Positions 1 to 8,445 of a DNA stretch of 31,580 bases are shown here, piece after piece. This DNA comes from a virus (lineage: Duplodnaviria > Caudoviricetes), in the IMG/VR virus record IMGVR_UViG_3300026851_000046, positions 1-31,580 of that record. One strand, written 5' to 3'. The position numbers and the translations under genes were made by a program. Each line of letters starts with the position of its first letter. The stretch's first letter is position 1. Below the pieces are notes generated by a model that did not search any database, had not been told where the DNA came from, and saw only the letters and a program-made list of their open reading frames with translations.

Positions 1-192
1 TCAATCGTCGTTGCTGGCATTCAGCTTTTCCGGCGGAATGCCTTCTTCGCCGGATGCAAGGTAGCCGCTGTTGATAAGGGCGGCGCGGACGATGCGGTGG
101 ATGGCTTCGTCCCTGTCGATGCCGTGATCTCTGGCAAAGTCCGCCAATGCCTCTTCAAGATCGTTGCTGAACAGCATTTCCGGTCCCCCCAT
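1..192 (-). CDS. small host hypothetical protein (possible ribbon-helix-helix-like)
   Basis: 63-aa ORF with protein-like composition, ending IPPEKLNASNDD; start uncertain. Confidence 0.5.
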   Translation of the reverse strand: MGGPEMLFSNDLEEALADFARDHGIDRDEAIHRIVRAALINSGYLASGEEGIPPEKLNASNDD

Positions 193-215
193 ATCGGTTG
201 TCTTGAAATCAATGC

Positions 216-248
216 AAAAAAGGCAAGGCGGGACTTTGCCGCCTTGCC
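216..248 (-). terminator. Rho-independent terminator of 273..614
   Basis: GGCAAGGCGG-7nt-CCGCCTTGCC hairpin preceded by A6 on + strand (U tract on - strand). Confidence 0.8.
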
Positions 249-272
249 CTAACTCTAACTCTCATGCCGTCA

Positions 273-614
273 TCAGCGCCAGCGATAAAGGCTGCTGTTC
301 GACGAGTTCTGCTGCGTACCCGCACCAACCGCATAACCGATTGCGAAACCGAGTGCGCCGACGATCGTCAGCAGCGAGGTTGCCGTACCGGGATTTTCCT
401 TGACCGCTTCCACCACATTCTGGCCCTGCGCACGGACATTGCTCGCAGCCTTGCGAACGCGACCGCGTGCCTCATCCAGAAATTCGGATGCATCCTCACT
501 CACGCCTTCCGCACGGGCGGAAACGGACTTGGAGAGCGACGCGATTTGCGAGCGCAGCTCGGCAATCTGGTTTTCGATCGTGTCTTCGACAACATTCAGT
601 TTGGTCTGAGCCAT
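273..614 (-). CDS. DUF883/ElaB/YqjD-like membrane-anchored stress protein (host)
   Basis: Coiled-coil N-terminus, VKENP followed by a C-terminal TM helix (LLTIVGALGFAIGYAVG); GAGGTG RBS before ATG at 614. Confidence 0.75.
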   Translation of the reverse strand: MAQTKLNVVEDTIENQIAELRSQIASLSKSVSARAEGVSEDASEFLDEARGRVRKAASNVRAQGQNVVEAVKENPGTATSLLTIVGALGFAIGYAVGAGTQQNSSNSSLYRWR

Positions 615-644
615 TAGAAACACCTCTTTTGTTACCGAAGCGAG

Positions 645-669
645 AACGTGCCGACACTAAAGAAGTTCC
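645..669 (-). promoter_or_regulatory. general-stress ECF sigma (EcfG/RpoE2-type) promoter
   Basis: GGAAC-N16-CGTT on - strand just upstream of the DUF883-like gene. Confidence 0.7.
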
Positions 670-777
670 CGAATTGGCCGCAAAGTTTCGCGCGCGGCTG
701 TTCAGCCAACAGGTTTTTCGGCTTCTTGGCGAAAAAGCCTTGCATTCATTTTTTTTACGCAATAATCAGGCCGCACC

Positions 778-837
778 GGAGAGGTGGCCGAGTGGTCGAA
801 GGCGCTCCCCTGCTAAGGGAGTTTTCATTCTCCACCA
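778..837 (+). pseudogene. tRNA-Ser(GCT) 5' fragment marking the left attachment site
   Basis: GGAGAGGTGGCCGAGTGGTCGAAGGCG then anticodon arm CTCCC-CTGCTAA-GGGAG; no variable or T arm; ends TTCTCCACCA; next to integrase 3' end. Confidence 0.85.
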
Positions 838-846
838 GCAACCTCC

Positions 847-922
847 TAATCAATTGATTTCGTTATTTATTTCGGTCAATAACTTTTTTATAAAAATCGT
901 CGTGTGCCAACCGTGTGTCAAC
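847..922. promoter_or_regulatory. att arm: IHF-like site and tandem integrase arm-type repeats
   Basis: AATCAA-TTGA-TTA on - strand at 847-859 fits WATCAA-N4-TTR; direct repeat CGTGTGCCAAC/CGTGTGTCAAC at 901-922. Confidence 0.55.
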
Positions 923-1886
923 GACGTTCTTTCTTGCCAAAAACCCGGTCGATAACTTCCCGGTCGGCATCCCCCTCAACATACGTTTCCATCAGCAATC
1001 TGCGTGACTTCCATCCGCCGTGGTCTGCCGTCGTCGCCACATCAACGCCATTGCGGCGGATCATCTCCGTAGCAAACCCATGGCGTCCAATTTCGTGGCT
1101 TGTGAGGCGGTTCAAACCAGCCTTCTCAATCACCTTGTCAAAGCGCTTCTTTGCCGTCGATCGGTTGGCCGCGCCAAAGACCAGGATCGGGTACAAGTTC
1201 CTGATATTCGCCAGTTCGATAACCATCGAGCGCGTCAGAAACACCTTCCTGGGTTCTGTCTTGGTTTTGGCGAGGTAGGCCACACCAAGCTGTAGGTTCA
1301 CGTCATCCCATGTCAGGCGGCAAGCCTCAGAGACGCGGGTGGCGGTTTCAAACATGAACCGAGCCATTGCGGCAGTTTCCGGCATATCAAGCTTCTTGGC
1401 GGTCTTGCTGAATACGTTCAGCCAATCGGAACTTCCTGCCGGCCGCCGCTTCTTTTCTTCCTTGAACCTTTTCACCGATATCTTGGGCAGGCGCTTGGCC
1501 TCAGCCACATGATTGATAATGGCGCGCATGGGCGTAATTACCTGCCGGTTCCATGTCGCTGGCTGGGCATCGGGATATAGGAGCTTGGCGGCCTTGCGGA
1601 TTTCCGGTCCAGTGATGTCCTTGACTTTCCACTTCCTGAAATGACGAATGAGCGGTGCTGTGAACCGCCCATCCTTGCCATCATTCAGATATTCGGCAAC
1701 CGCCTCTGGGAAGGTTAGGATTGCCTCCTGGCCGTGGACAGCGGCACGACGGACCCGGTCTTCGTGTTTGATCGCGATGTCTTCCGCGAGCCGCTTGTCA
1801 CCCGTTCCAGAAGTTTCTCGGTATCTCTTTCCGTCCACCGTGAAACTGTAGTGCCAGATGTCTCCGCGCTTTTTGAGGTTGGGCAT
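918..1886 (-). CDS. int: tyrosine recombinase / phage integrase (322 aa, MPNLKKRG start)
   Basis: Arm-binding N-terminus (WHYSFTVDGKRYRETSGT), TATRVSEA (catalytic R), HEIGRHGF (H-x-x-x-R variant), HGGW, ETY. Confidence 0.93.
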   Translation of the reverse strand: MPNLKKRGDIWHYSFTVDGKRYRETSGTGDKRLAEDIAIKHEDRVRRAAVHGQEAILTFPEAVAEYLNDGKDGRFTAPLIRHFRKWKVKDITGPEIRKAAKLLYPDAQPATWNRQVITPMRAIINHVAEAKRLPKISVKRFKEEKKRRPAGSSDWLNVFSKTAKKLDMPETAAMARFMFETATRVSEACRLTWDDVNLQLGVAYLAKTKTEPRKVFLTRSMVIELANIRNLYPILVFGAANRSTAKKRFDKVIEKAGLNRLTSHEIGRHGFATEMIRRNGVDVATTADHGGWKSRRLLMETYVEGDADREVIDRVFGKKERR

Positions 1887-2086
1887 TCGTTGGGCTCCGG
1901 TCGTGCGGAATTGATGATTGTCTCGATATCGGACGGCATGAGGAACATGGCTTTGCCAATGACGCGGCAGGCGCCAAGCTGTCTGGCCCGCTCTCTCAAT
2001 GTTCGTTCGGAAAGGTGGATACCGCAAGCCGCCATTTTTTCAACGGCGGCCGATGGCGATATGGCTTGGTCAAACAGGCTCGTCAT
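1715..2086 (-). CDS. excisionase-like winged-HTH protein
   Basis: LSERTLRERARQLGACRVIGKAMFLMPSDI motif immediately upstream of int; tail overlaps int by 172 nt. Confidence 0.6.
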   Translation of the reverse strand: MTSLFDQAISPSAAVEKMAACGIHLSERTLRERARQLGACRVIGKAMFLMPSDIETIINSARPEPNECPTSKSAETSGTTVSRWTERDTEKLLERVTSGSRKTSRSNTKTGSVVPLSTARRQS

Positions 2087-2409
2087 CCCTCGCTCCTTTC
2101 AAGCGCCGCTCGGCACCCCTGCATGAGGTGGTGGCGCGATTTCTTTTCCCATTCTGCAAGGTCGGTTTGATACTGTTCTTCTACCCAAAGGCGAACGGTT
2201 CCGCTTCTCGTGGCAATCGGCGCATGCGGGCGTTCGATGTTGTGGCGCTCCACATATTCATCGAATTTCCCTCTCTCAAGCCATTCCTCGGGAACCTTGG
2301 AGGCTTTCAGCGCAGCCTCTCTGCGGTCCATGGCGTCCATTTGGCGCGCTCGGACGCACAAGTCCAGTCCTTCGGCAAGAAGCTCTCGGCAGGTATCGCA
2401 GCCCATCAC
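2083..2409 (-). CDS. phage hypothetical protein
   Basis: 108 aa with CxxC; 4-nt overlaps with both neighbours. Confidence 0.7.
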   Translation of the reverse strand: MMGCDTCRELLAEGLDLCVRARQMDAMDRREAALKASKVPEEWLERGKFDEYVERHNIERPHAPIATRSGTVRLWVEEQYQTDLAEWEKKSRHHLMQGCRAALERSEG

Positions 2410-2948
2410 CGCTCCTCGTAGTCGGCTTGAGCGGCGGCTTTAGCGGAGTCTAGGCTTTCAGTCATCGGCAGATGAGCGGGCTTTCCGTCAACGTGATGGA
2501 CGCACGCCCAACAACCAGTATTCACCCTACTTACGCCGTACCAGTGTCCGAATGCGCCAGTACCGTAATGCATCCGACCGTGGCTAAAACCTTCGTTATG
2601 AGCCTTCCAGTCCAAATCCTTCACGGCCACGGATGGCGCGGGAGGGGCGTCGTAGAGTTTCGTTCCAATCGGAAGATGATCTGCCGAACCGAGCGGGTGA
2701 GGCATCAACACGCGCATTCCACCTGCGCCCATTTCAGCCACAGTTGCGACCGGCTCCGCAGCGGACAGGGCGGCTTCGAGGGCGGCGCGGTTATTCCAAC
2801 CAGCCCCGTGATTAAACTCCTCTCCCGTTTCCAATGAGCACCCGCAATTGTCGCATTGGTAGATCGTGGACATGCTACGATCGCCGCGCTGCTCAATGTG
2901 CGCCGAGTGTCCACAGAACGGGCAGGGCTTCAATTCTTCACTCTGCAT
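2406..2948 (-). CDS. Lar-family restriction-alleviation zinc-ribbon protein with extra domains
   Basis: EELKPCPFCG...CDNCG...WNNRA; ATG at 2948 with GGAGG RBS. Confidence 0.7.
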   Translation of the reverse strand: MQSEELKPCPFCGHSAHIEQRGDRSMSTIYQCDNCGCSLETGEEFNHGAGWNNRAALEAALSAAEPVATVAEMGAGGMRVLMPHPLGSADHLPIGTKLYDAPPAPSVAVKDLDWKAHNEGFSHGRMHYGTGAFGHWYGVSRVNTGCWACVHHVDGKPAHLPMTESLDSAKAAAQADYEER

Positions 2949-3633
2949 GGTGTTCGCCTCCTGTGCTGGCGAGGGCTTGGCGGGCAATGTCGAACAAGGT
3001 GTTCGGAACGTATTCTACGTCGTGGTATGGAAGAAACCGCTCCAAGGCCTCTCGAAGACGCTTCACCTCGGCCTCTGCTGCCTCGGCGCGGGATTGAACA
3101 GAGCAAAAGGCTTCCGTCTGCTTTCGTGTGGCAAGATCATGAGCGCAAAGGGCCTCTTCCAATTCTCTCTTGTAGTCGTCAATGCGGGCTTGCTCCGCTT
3201 CTCGGCAAGAAATAGCGCCTGCCTGCCATGCCCTGAGTTCCTCGTTCTCGCGCTGCAAGCTTTCGAGGGTGGAGAGAAGTTCGGATATGGCCGCAGGGTT
3301 GACGGCCGCTATGTATCGGGCGTCAGGGCAATCAATACCTCGCACGTCATATCTATAAACGCTGCCATCTTTTCTTGCTGCGTCCATGCCAACTATGGAC
3401 TGATCTCCAACCTCAAATTGCAATAGATCCTTCGCATCGACCATCCCTCCGCGCTCTGGCTGAAATCGCGGTTGTGCTCCTTTCATGCCCCAGCGCACGA
3501 AATCCATTACGTATCTACGACCACTGTGTGTAGTAGCAAGGTAAACGTGGTTGCTATTGGCATTTCCAAACCACTTCCACGGTCCCGGCGTCACGCCTTC
3601 CAGCGCCTTCTTGATCTCTTCCAATGCGGTCAT
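2938..3633 (-). CDS. Ead/Ea22-like early protein
   Basis: ALEGVTPGPW...DARYIAAVNPAAISELL plus coiled coil; start at 3633 coupled to upstream stop. Confidence 0.75.
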   Translation of the reverse strand: MTALEEIKKALEGVTPGPWKWFGNANSNHVYLATTHSGRRYVMDFVRWGMKGAQPRFQPERGGMVDAKDLLQFEVGDQSIVGMDAARKDGSVYRYDVRGIDCPDARYIAAVNPAAISELLSTLESLQRENEELRAWQAGAISCREAEQARIDDYKRELEEALCAHDLATRKQTEAFCSVQSRAEAAEAEVKRLREALERFLPYHDVEYVPNTLFDIARQALASTGGEHHAE

Positions 3634-4031
3634 GGCGTATCCTCGCGATAGAACGTGACGGGCCGGTAGACGACGGCCTTTTTGGGCTTCTCGGATTTGG
3701 GGAACGGAGCGGACTTGATCGTCTGCTTCGGGCGAGCGATACCAAGATGCTTTTTGCGGATAGCCGCGACCTTGGCCTTCTCGGCAACATCGAGTGCTGT
3801 TTTTTCGACGTGGCATTTCCGATGAGCGGGTCGCAAATTTGTTTCCCGGTTTTCGCCGCCATTGATCAGCGCCTTGACGTGATCCAAATCCCATTTCTGC
3901 GCGGGCTGAATTTCACACTGGCAGAGATGGCAAATTCGCTTGTCTCTTTCCATGATGCGGTCTCGGACGCTGCCGGGCGCGCGGTGATCGTCAGACTTGC
4001 CGATCCATTCCGATACTGTTCGAGCCATCAC
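3630..4031 (-). CDS. HNH endonuclease
   Basis: CHLC...DHVKALINGGENRETNLRPAHRKCH. Confidence 0.88.
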   Translation of the reverse strand: MMARTVSEWIGKSDDHRAPGSVRDRIMERDKRICHLCQCEIQPAQKWDLDHVKALINGGENRETNLRPAHRKCHVEKTALDVAEKAKVAAIRKKHLGIARPKQTIKSAPFPKSEKPKKAVVYRPVTFYREDTP

Positions 4032-4249
4032 ACCCTCCCCAGCAGATTTGCGACAAACTCCTGAAAAGGACGGATCGCGCGCGACAGGGCAACCTCATTC
4101 GGTGTCTTGTGGCGCCGGTACTCGATCTCTTCACCCAGCTGGTTTGTGCGAGCGTCGGCGTCCATCTTGGCCACAGCGGCAGATAGCCGGCGGTTAGGAT
4201 GCTTCTTGGCGGCTTCCCTAAGGGCGAGGAGTTGCTGTTCGGCGTTCAT
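4028..4249 (-). CDS. phage hypothetical protein
   Basis: 73 aa, translationally coupled on both sides. Confidence 0.6.
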   Translation of the reverse strand: MNAEQQLLALREAAKKHPNRRLSAAVAKMDADARTNQLGEEIEYRRHKTPNEVALSRAIRPFQEFVANLLGRV

Positions 4250-4740
4250 GCTGACCTCCGCCTAGATGCGATGGCATCCTCTTCCGCAACCTTCGACTTG
4301 AAGGCCGCAATGCAGATCGCGATGGCTGGCGTGGGGGCGTGAAAACATTCACCAACACAGGAAGGCCAGCGAATGCCTGTGTGGGAGCATTTGGCGCCCT
4401 TCTTCCGATGTACCGAAGCCCTCGACCCGGATTGGTCTTTTGCCGACGTGAGGTGATTTACGAACAGACTAACCCTCGCACCCGGCAGAAGCCTTTCGCA
4501 TAGCGTTAGCGCTTGATCCACGGAGAAAGTGAACGCGGGGGCATCGTACGCAGTGCTGCCGTCATAAACGGTCGCTCCATTGTTCTGCCAATGAGCGCGC
4601 CCATTATCATCAAGGCCAATGCGATAGGCTTCAAACCGGCGCAACTTAACCTCGATGCGCCCATCCATGTGCCGGGAACCTTCTTTCAGGTTTTCAAGAA
4701 CCGTAATGACGGCGCGTAACACATCGAGCCTTTCAGCCAT
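4246..4740 (-). CDS. phage hypothetical protein
   Basis: MAERLDV start with GGAGG RBS; P-x-F-T-x-S-V-D-x-A and TPAIAICIAA motifs common in phage early genes. Confidence 0.7.
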   Translation of the reverse strand: MAERLDVLRAVITVLENLKEGSRHMDGRIEVKLRRFEAYRIGLDDNGRAHWQNNGATVYDGSTAYDAPAFTFSVDQALTLCERLLPGARVSLFVNHLTSAKDQSGSRASVHRKKGAKCSHTGIRWPSCVGECFHAPTPAIAICIAAFKSKVAEEDAIASRRRSA

Positions 4741-5566
4741 CGACGCCTCCCAGATCAGAAGCCTTGCAATCGAGCATTTCGGAATGGAAGCCGGCGGCAG
4801 ATTCCAGACTGGCGTTGCCGAGCGCAATCGCGCGGATCGACTGGCTGATTGACTTCGCTTTTGCCTTGCCAACATCCGACAAAGTTTTCATCTCGCCTTC
4901 GGACCATCCCTTTTCGACTTCCTTCCAAGCTTCGATCGGGGCATTGGCCGCCATGGGCAGCATTTCAGCGGCGAACCGGATCAGGATATCGCGCTCAGGA
5001 TCGGTCGAGGCCGGAGCATCGGAGGCGGGGACATCATCCGCTCCGGCCTCATTTACTGGCGTCATGCCAGCGTTATCCGACGACGGGGCAGGGGATTCAT
5101 CGTCGGAATTGGTGTTCAGTTCTTCGCGCATGTCGTCTGGCATCGTCAGAATGATACCCTGCTGGCCGAAATGGCGGATAATGCCCTCCAGGTACTCGGT
5201 GAGCTGTTTTGTGCTCATAAGGCTCGTGACGGGCAGGTTGAGCGGCTCGGACATGATTGCAAGCTTCTGCTCGTATGATAGAGGCTTGAGGATTTCGTCA
5301 TAACGCAGCCGGAAGGCCTCGTTCTGCTCGCGGAGGATCGGAACGCCTATGGTCAGCTTGCAGTAAGCGCGTGCCTCTGACGGCGTGATGTCGCCCTTCT
5401 GCTCGGAGATTTCTTTCATCCACATATGCTGCAGTCGGTTCTGCGCTGTGGAACGGTGCTTGCCATCGGTGATGGTGAGCGTGAATGGGTAGGGGCGATT
5501 AGAGACAAGCTTGGCCGCCATATCCCTGTCGTAGTCGCTCTGGATTGATCGGTTGACGGTGCCCAT
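4733..5566 (-). CDS. NinB/Orf-like recombination mediator with C-terminal extension
   Basis: RSTAQNRLQHMWMKEIS and TSLMSTKQLTEYLE motifs; downstream of ssb. Confidence 0.65.
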   Translation of the reverse strand: MGTVNRSIQSDYDRDMAAKLVSNRPYPFTLTITDGKHRSTAQNRLQHMWMKEISEQKGDITPSEARAYCKLTIGVPILREQNEAFRLRYDEILKPLSYEQKLAIMSEPLNLPVTSLMSTKQLTEYLEGIIRHFGQQGIILTMPDDMREELNTNSDDESPAPSSDNAGMTPVNEAGADDVPASDAPASTDPERDILIRFAAEMLPMAANAPIEAWKEVEKGWSEGEMKTLSDVGKAKAKSISQSIRAIALGNASLESAAGFHSEMLDCKASDLGGVDG

Positions 5567-5868
5567 TAGCGCCACTCCGGTGCGAACGGGATATCGTCGT
5601 CCATGTCATTCGAGAAGTTTGCGTTCCGGCCTTGCCCCGCATCGCCACGAGATTGCCTGCTGGAGCGGTTTTCGTCCTTCTGGCGAGGTGGCATCAGCAA
5701 AACCACGAACTCCCCATCTGTGGGCGCTGGGACAGCGTTGAGGCGAACGGTAAAACCGTCCTTGTCGCGCATGGGCCATGCCGTTCCGATTGTCGTGAAC
5801 TGGCTTTTCTCGTTGCCGTCGCGATCCTTGTAACGGCGAACTGCAACTGCGTCGTATCTCGTGGTCAT
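5566..5868 (-). CDS. small ssDNA-binding protein
   Basis: Beta-rich core and acidic DDDIPF tail; follows the annealase. Confidence 0.7.
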   Translation of the reverse strand: MTTRYDAVAVRRYKDRDGNEKSQFTTIGTAWPMRDKDGFTVRLNAVPAPTDGEFVVLLMPPRQKDENRSSRQSRGDAGQGRNANFSNDMDDDIPFAPEWR

Positions 5869-6566
5869 GCGGCCTCCTGCACGGCCTTGCGGCGCGTTTC
5901 AAATTTTTCCGATGCTGCTTGCTTGTAGTCTCGCGACCAGCCGTCCCGATTGGCGATGTGCTTCCACGTCTCGGCGCACGCATTGACGGTGATCACCGAA
6001 TGGCAGTCGAGAAGCTCTTTCTCGATTTCATCCAACTGGCGCTTCTGGTGCGCGGCGCTGGGCTTCTGCGGGGTGTCGCTGTTCGTCTGATTGGGTTGGT
6101 TATTCTGGTTTTGCTGCTGACCAGAGAACTCTTCCCGCATGGAGTTGACATATTTGCTGTCGTCAAACATGCCCATATGCACGTCGGCACCAACCCCGAT
6201 CAGCTTCAGGCCGTTAGTGACAGCGTCGGTGAACGCCTTTTTAAAAGCCTCGTCATCGCTACGTAAGCCGCTTGACTGCTTCACAACAGCTTTGTCGCCG
6301 CCAACGCCGTAGACCAGTCGTTCTGGCTTGCCGTGCCAAACTGCGACGGTGCAAAAGACGAGTATCTCTTCACCGGCTGGCACGACCTGGAATGAAGGCT
6401 CCCCAACGCCCCAGCCTATCCCGCACGGGCCAAATTCCTCTGTCATACGGCGATAGGAAAACATCGGCTTGATAGCCGTACCCTTGAACCCTCCGCCACG
6501 TGTGAAAGCCTTTGTATGGGCTGGATCGGTCTTGCCGAGTTTATCCCAGAGTTCGGTGTTCTCCAT
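5865..6566 (-). CDS. Rad52/Sak-like single-strand annealing protein
   Basis: EEFGPCGIGWG...DEAFKKAFTDAVTNGLKLIGVGADV. Confidence 0.8.
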   Translation of the reverse strand: MENTELWDKLGKTDPAHTKAFTRGGGFKGTAIKPMFSYRRMTEEFGPCGIGWGVGEPSFQVVPAGEEILVFCTVAVWHGKPERLVYGVGGDKAVVKQSSGLRSDDEAFKKAFTDAVTNGLKLIGVGADVHMGMFDDSKYVNSMREEFSGQQQNQNNQPNQTNSDTPQKPSAAHQKRQLDEIEKELLDCHSVITVNACAETWKHIANRDGWSRDYKQAASEKFETRRKAVQEAA

Positions 6567-7246
6567 TATGCGGCCTCCCCGAGAGCGGCCAGCATCTTCT
6601 GATGAACCCTGCGGACGCGCGCCACGTCATCGCGGCAATAAGAGCCGATCTCATCATGCTTCCCGTCAGCCCACATCTGAGCGACCATGGAGCCGTCAAC
6701 GTCGCCCTTGCCTTCGAGGCCAAGAGAAAAGCACAGCGCATCTAGGCTTACGCTTCCCTTTGCGCCGGCCCACGCGACCATTGTGTCAAAAACCTCGTTC
6801 GACCACGGCTTAGGATCGCGCGGCCACCAATCAGGAAGACGGACGCCAAGGACGATTGCTCGCTGAGTAAGGAAGCGGAGATCGAAACCGGCTACGAAAT
6901 GGCCGACTATCTGAATGGTTTCCCAGCCATTCTGGCGGCTGATGTCCACCACCTCGATGAAAGCCTCAATGGCCGTCCGCTCTTCCAGCAGCGTTTTCAC
7001 GCTCTCCGAATGGATATGGCCGTCATTGATGGCAAAGCCGATGCAGCAAACATGGCCCATGCCGCCGTCAAAGCTGGTTTTGGCAATCGCTTCCTCCACG
7101 GCCGCTGCCTTCTGTTCTTTTTCCCACGCCGCGATTGTGTCGGCCTTCTTCATCTGGGCCGGCGGCTTGACCGTTGAGGCAACGCGCTCTTTCGCAGCAT
7201 CGGTTTGGGCGGGGATGGTTTCGATATCGAGATAGAGATAGGTCAT
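6566..7246 (-). CDS. DEDD 3'-5' exonuclease (PolB-exo-like)
   Basis: YLDIET, GHFVAGFDLRFL, YCRDDV motifs. Confidence 0.88.
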   Translation of the reverse strand: MTYLYLDIETIPAQTDAAKERVASTVKPPAQMKKADTIAAWEKEQKAAAVEEAIAKTSFDGGMGHVCCIGFAINDGHIHSESVKTLLEERTAIEAFIEVVDISRQNGWETIQIVGHFVAGFDLRFLTQRAIVLGVRLPDWWPRDPKPWSNEVFDTMVAWAGAKGSVSLDALCFSLGLEGKGDVDGSMVAQMWADGKHDEIGSYCRDDVARVRRVHQKMLAALGEAA

Positions 7247-7425
7247 TCCGCTGCCTCCTTGATGATTTCCATGACCTTCTCGCGCCCAAGTTCCTTGATG
7301 GCATCGTTGACGGTCTGGCGAAGTTGAAATTCTATGAACCCCTCAGGGTTGAGGCGATGGACAAGGCGATCGGTGATCGATCCAAGACGTTCGGCCTCAG
7401 AATGCAGTTCTGCTACTTTGCCCAT
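7243..7425 (-). CDS. phage hypothetical protein
   Basis: 60 aa (MGKVAELH), GGAG RBS, coupled to next gene. Confidence 0.55.
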   Translation of the reverse strand: MGKVAELHSEAERLGSITDRLVHRLNPEGFIEFQLRQTVNDAIKELGREKVMEIIKEAAE

Positions 7426-7658
7426 GCGAGTTGCTCCTGCTGGATAAGCGCCATGCGCTGGTATTTCGGGAGGCCGATGAAGGCCCACGACGCGGAGACG
7501 CTGCAAACAGTCAGCATCACGGCGATGACGGCGCGAAACTGGCGTTTGAAAGACCGGTTCGAAGCCTCGGCCTTCTTTATGCAGTTGCCGAGCGTGATGT
7601 AGATGACCTCGAAGTCATCCACATCTGGTGTGTTGGTGGTGGAGAAAGCGGAGGGCAT
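7413..7658 (-). CDS. small membrane protein
   Basis: 81 aa with one hydrophobic helix (AVIAVMLTVCSVSASWAFIGL). Confidence 0.55.
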   Translation of the reverse strand: MPSAFSTTNTPDVDDFEVIYITLGNCIKKAEASNRSFKRQFRAVIAVMLTVCSVSASWAFIGLPKYQRMALIQQEQLAWAK

Positions 7659-7984
7659 CACGCACCAGCCTTTCGGGCGGCGCGGATTGCAATGCCAGCC
7701 TTGCGGATGCACACTTCGCAGACGTGAACAAATCGTTCGCCCGACTTGAACTCAGCTACCGCATCGACTTCTTCTTCGCATTCCTCGCAGAGGATTCGCG
7801 TCCAGCTTTTATTGCCGATAATCTCTTCCACCTGCTCAGCAGTGAAACCTTTTGGAAGGCCACGAAGCTTAGCGGTGATTTCTTTGTGCTCTTCCGGAAC
7901 ACGGTAAACTCTGGCGTCGTACTGGCGCGCCCATGTATCAGGGACGTCGGCAACGACTTGAGATTTTGTAATTATTCCTGCCAT
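7658..7984 (-). CDS. zinc-ribbon hypothetical protein
   Basis: CEEC...CEVC. Confidence 0.7.
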   Translation of the reverse strand: MAGIITKSQVVADVPDTWARQYDARVYRVPEEHKEITAKLRGLPKGFTAEQVEEIIGNKSWTRILCEECEEEVDAVAEFKSGERFVHVCEVCIRKAGIAIRAARKAGA

Positions 7985-8040
7985 TTCCTGCCCCTTTATA
8001 TCTCGGGTTACTCTGACAAAGCCGGAGTGATTGATCGTTT

Positions 8041-8064
8041 GGGAAACCGCACCCGGAGGTGCGG
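8041..8064 (-). terminator. stem-loop / terminator in the leftward operon
   Basis: CCGCACC-CGGA-GGTGCGG with a short U tract on - strand. Confidence 0.5.
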
Positions 8065-8076
8065 AAACCGAAGCGA

Positions 8077-8424
8077 TCAGTCCGCAACGCGGCGGGCCAT
8101 TTCGGAGAACGGGTCGAATTCACGCGACACCCGGAACTCGTAGATACCGGGATCGAGCTTGTAGCCACCGTGGGGATTGGAGGCGTCCTGAACGAATTCC
8201 TCAGGATTTTCGATGATCGCATAGAACTTCTGCATACCGGCCGGCACGTTATCGATGCGCTCCATGATATCGCCGCCTGTCACACAATGATGGTGGCCGC
8301 TTTCGCTGTGGGAGATGACAAAGCCCTTGGTAACGCGCTGTGCGGGTTTCGTCTGCATGCCTTCGGGGAGTGCATCAATCTTGATGATACGAACTTCGCC
8401 CTGCTGTCCTACTACTTGTTTCAT
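8077..8424 (-). CDS. conserved phage protein (QG-D/E-V...HSESGHHH type, usual partner of DUF6745)
   Basis: GQQGEV, HSESGHHH, LDPGIYEFRVSREF...RRVAD. Confidence 0.8.
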   Translation of the reverse strand: MKQVVGQQGEVRIIKIDALPEGMQTKPAQRVTKGFVISHSESGHHHCVTGGDIMERIDNVPAGMQKFYAIIENPEEFVQDASNPHGGYKLDPGIYEFRVSREFDPFSEMARRVAD

Positions 8425-8445
8425 TGTCGTATTTCCTCTTGCTGG

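Noticed and set aside
2400..2420. Possible extra deletion junction ending the Lar-like gene at KAAAQADYEER*
   Set aside because: Similar motifs often continue, but the stop/start overlap looks natural; undecidable without homologues.
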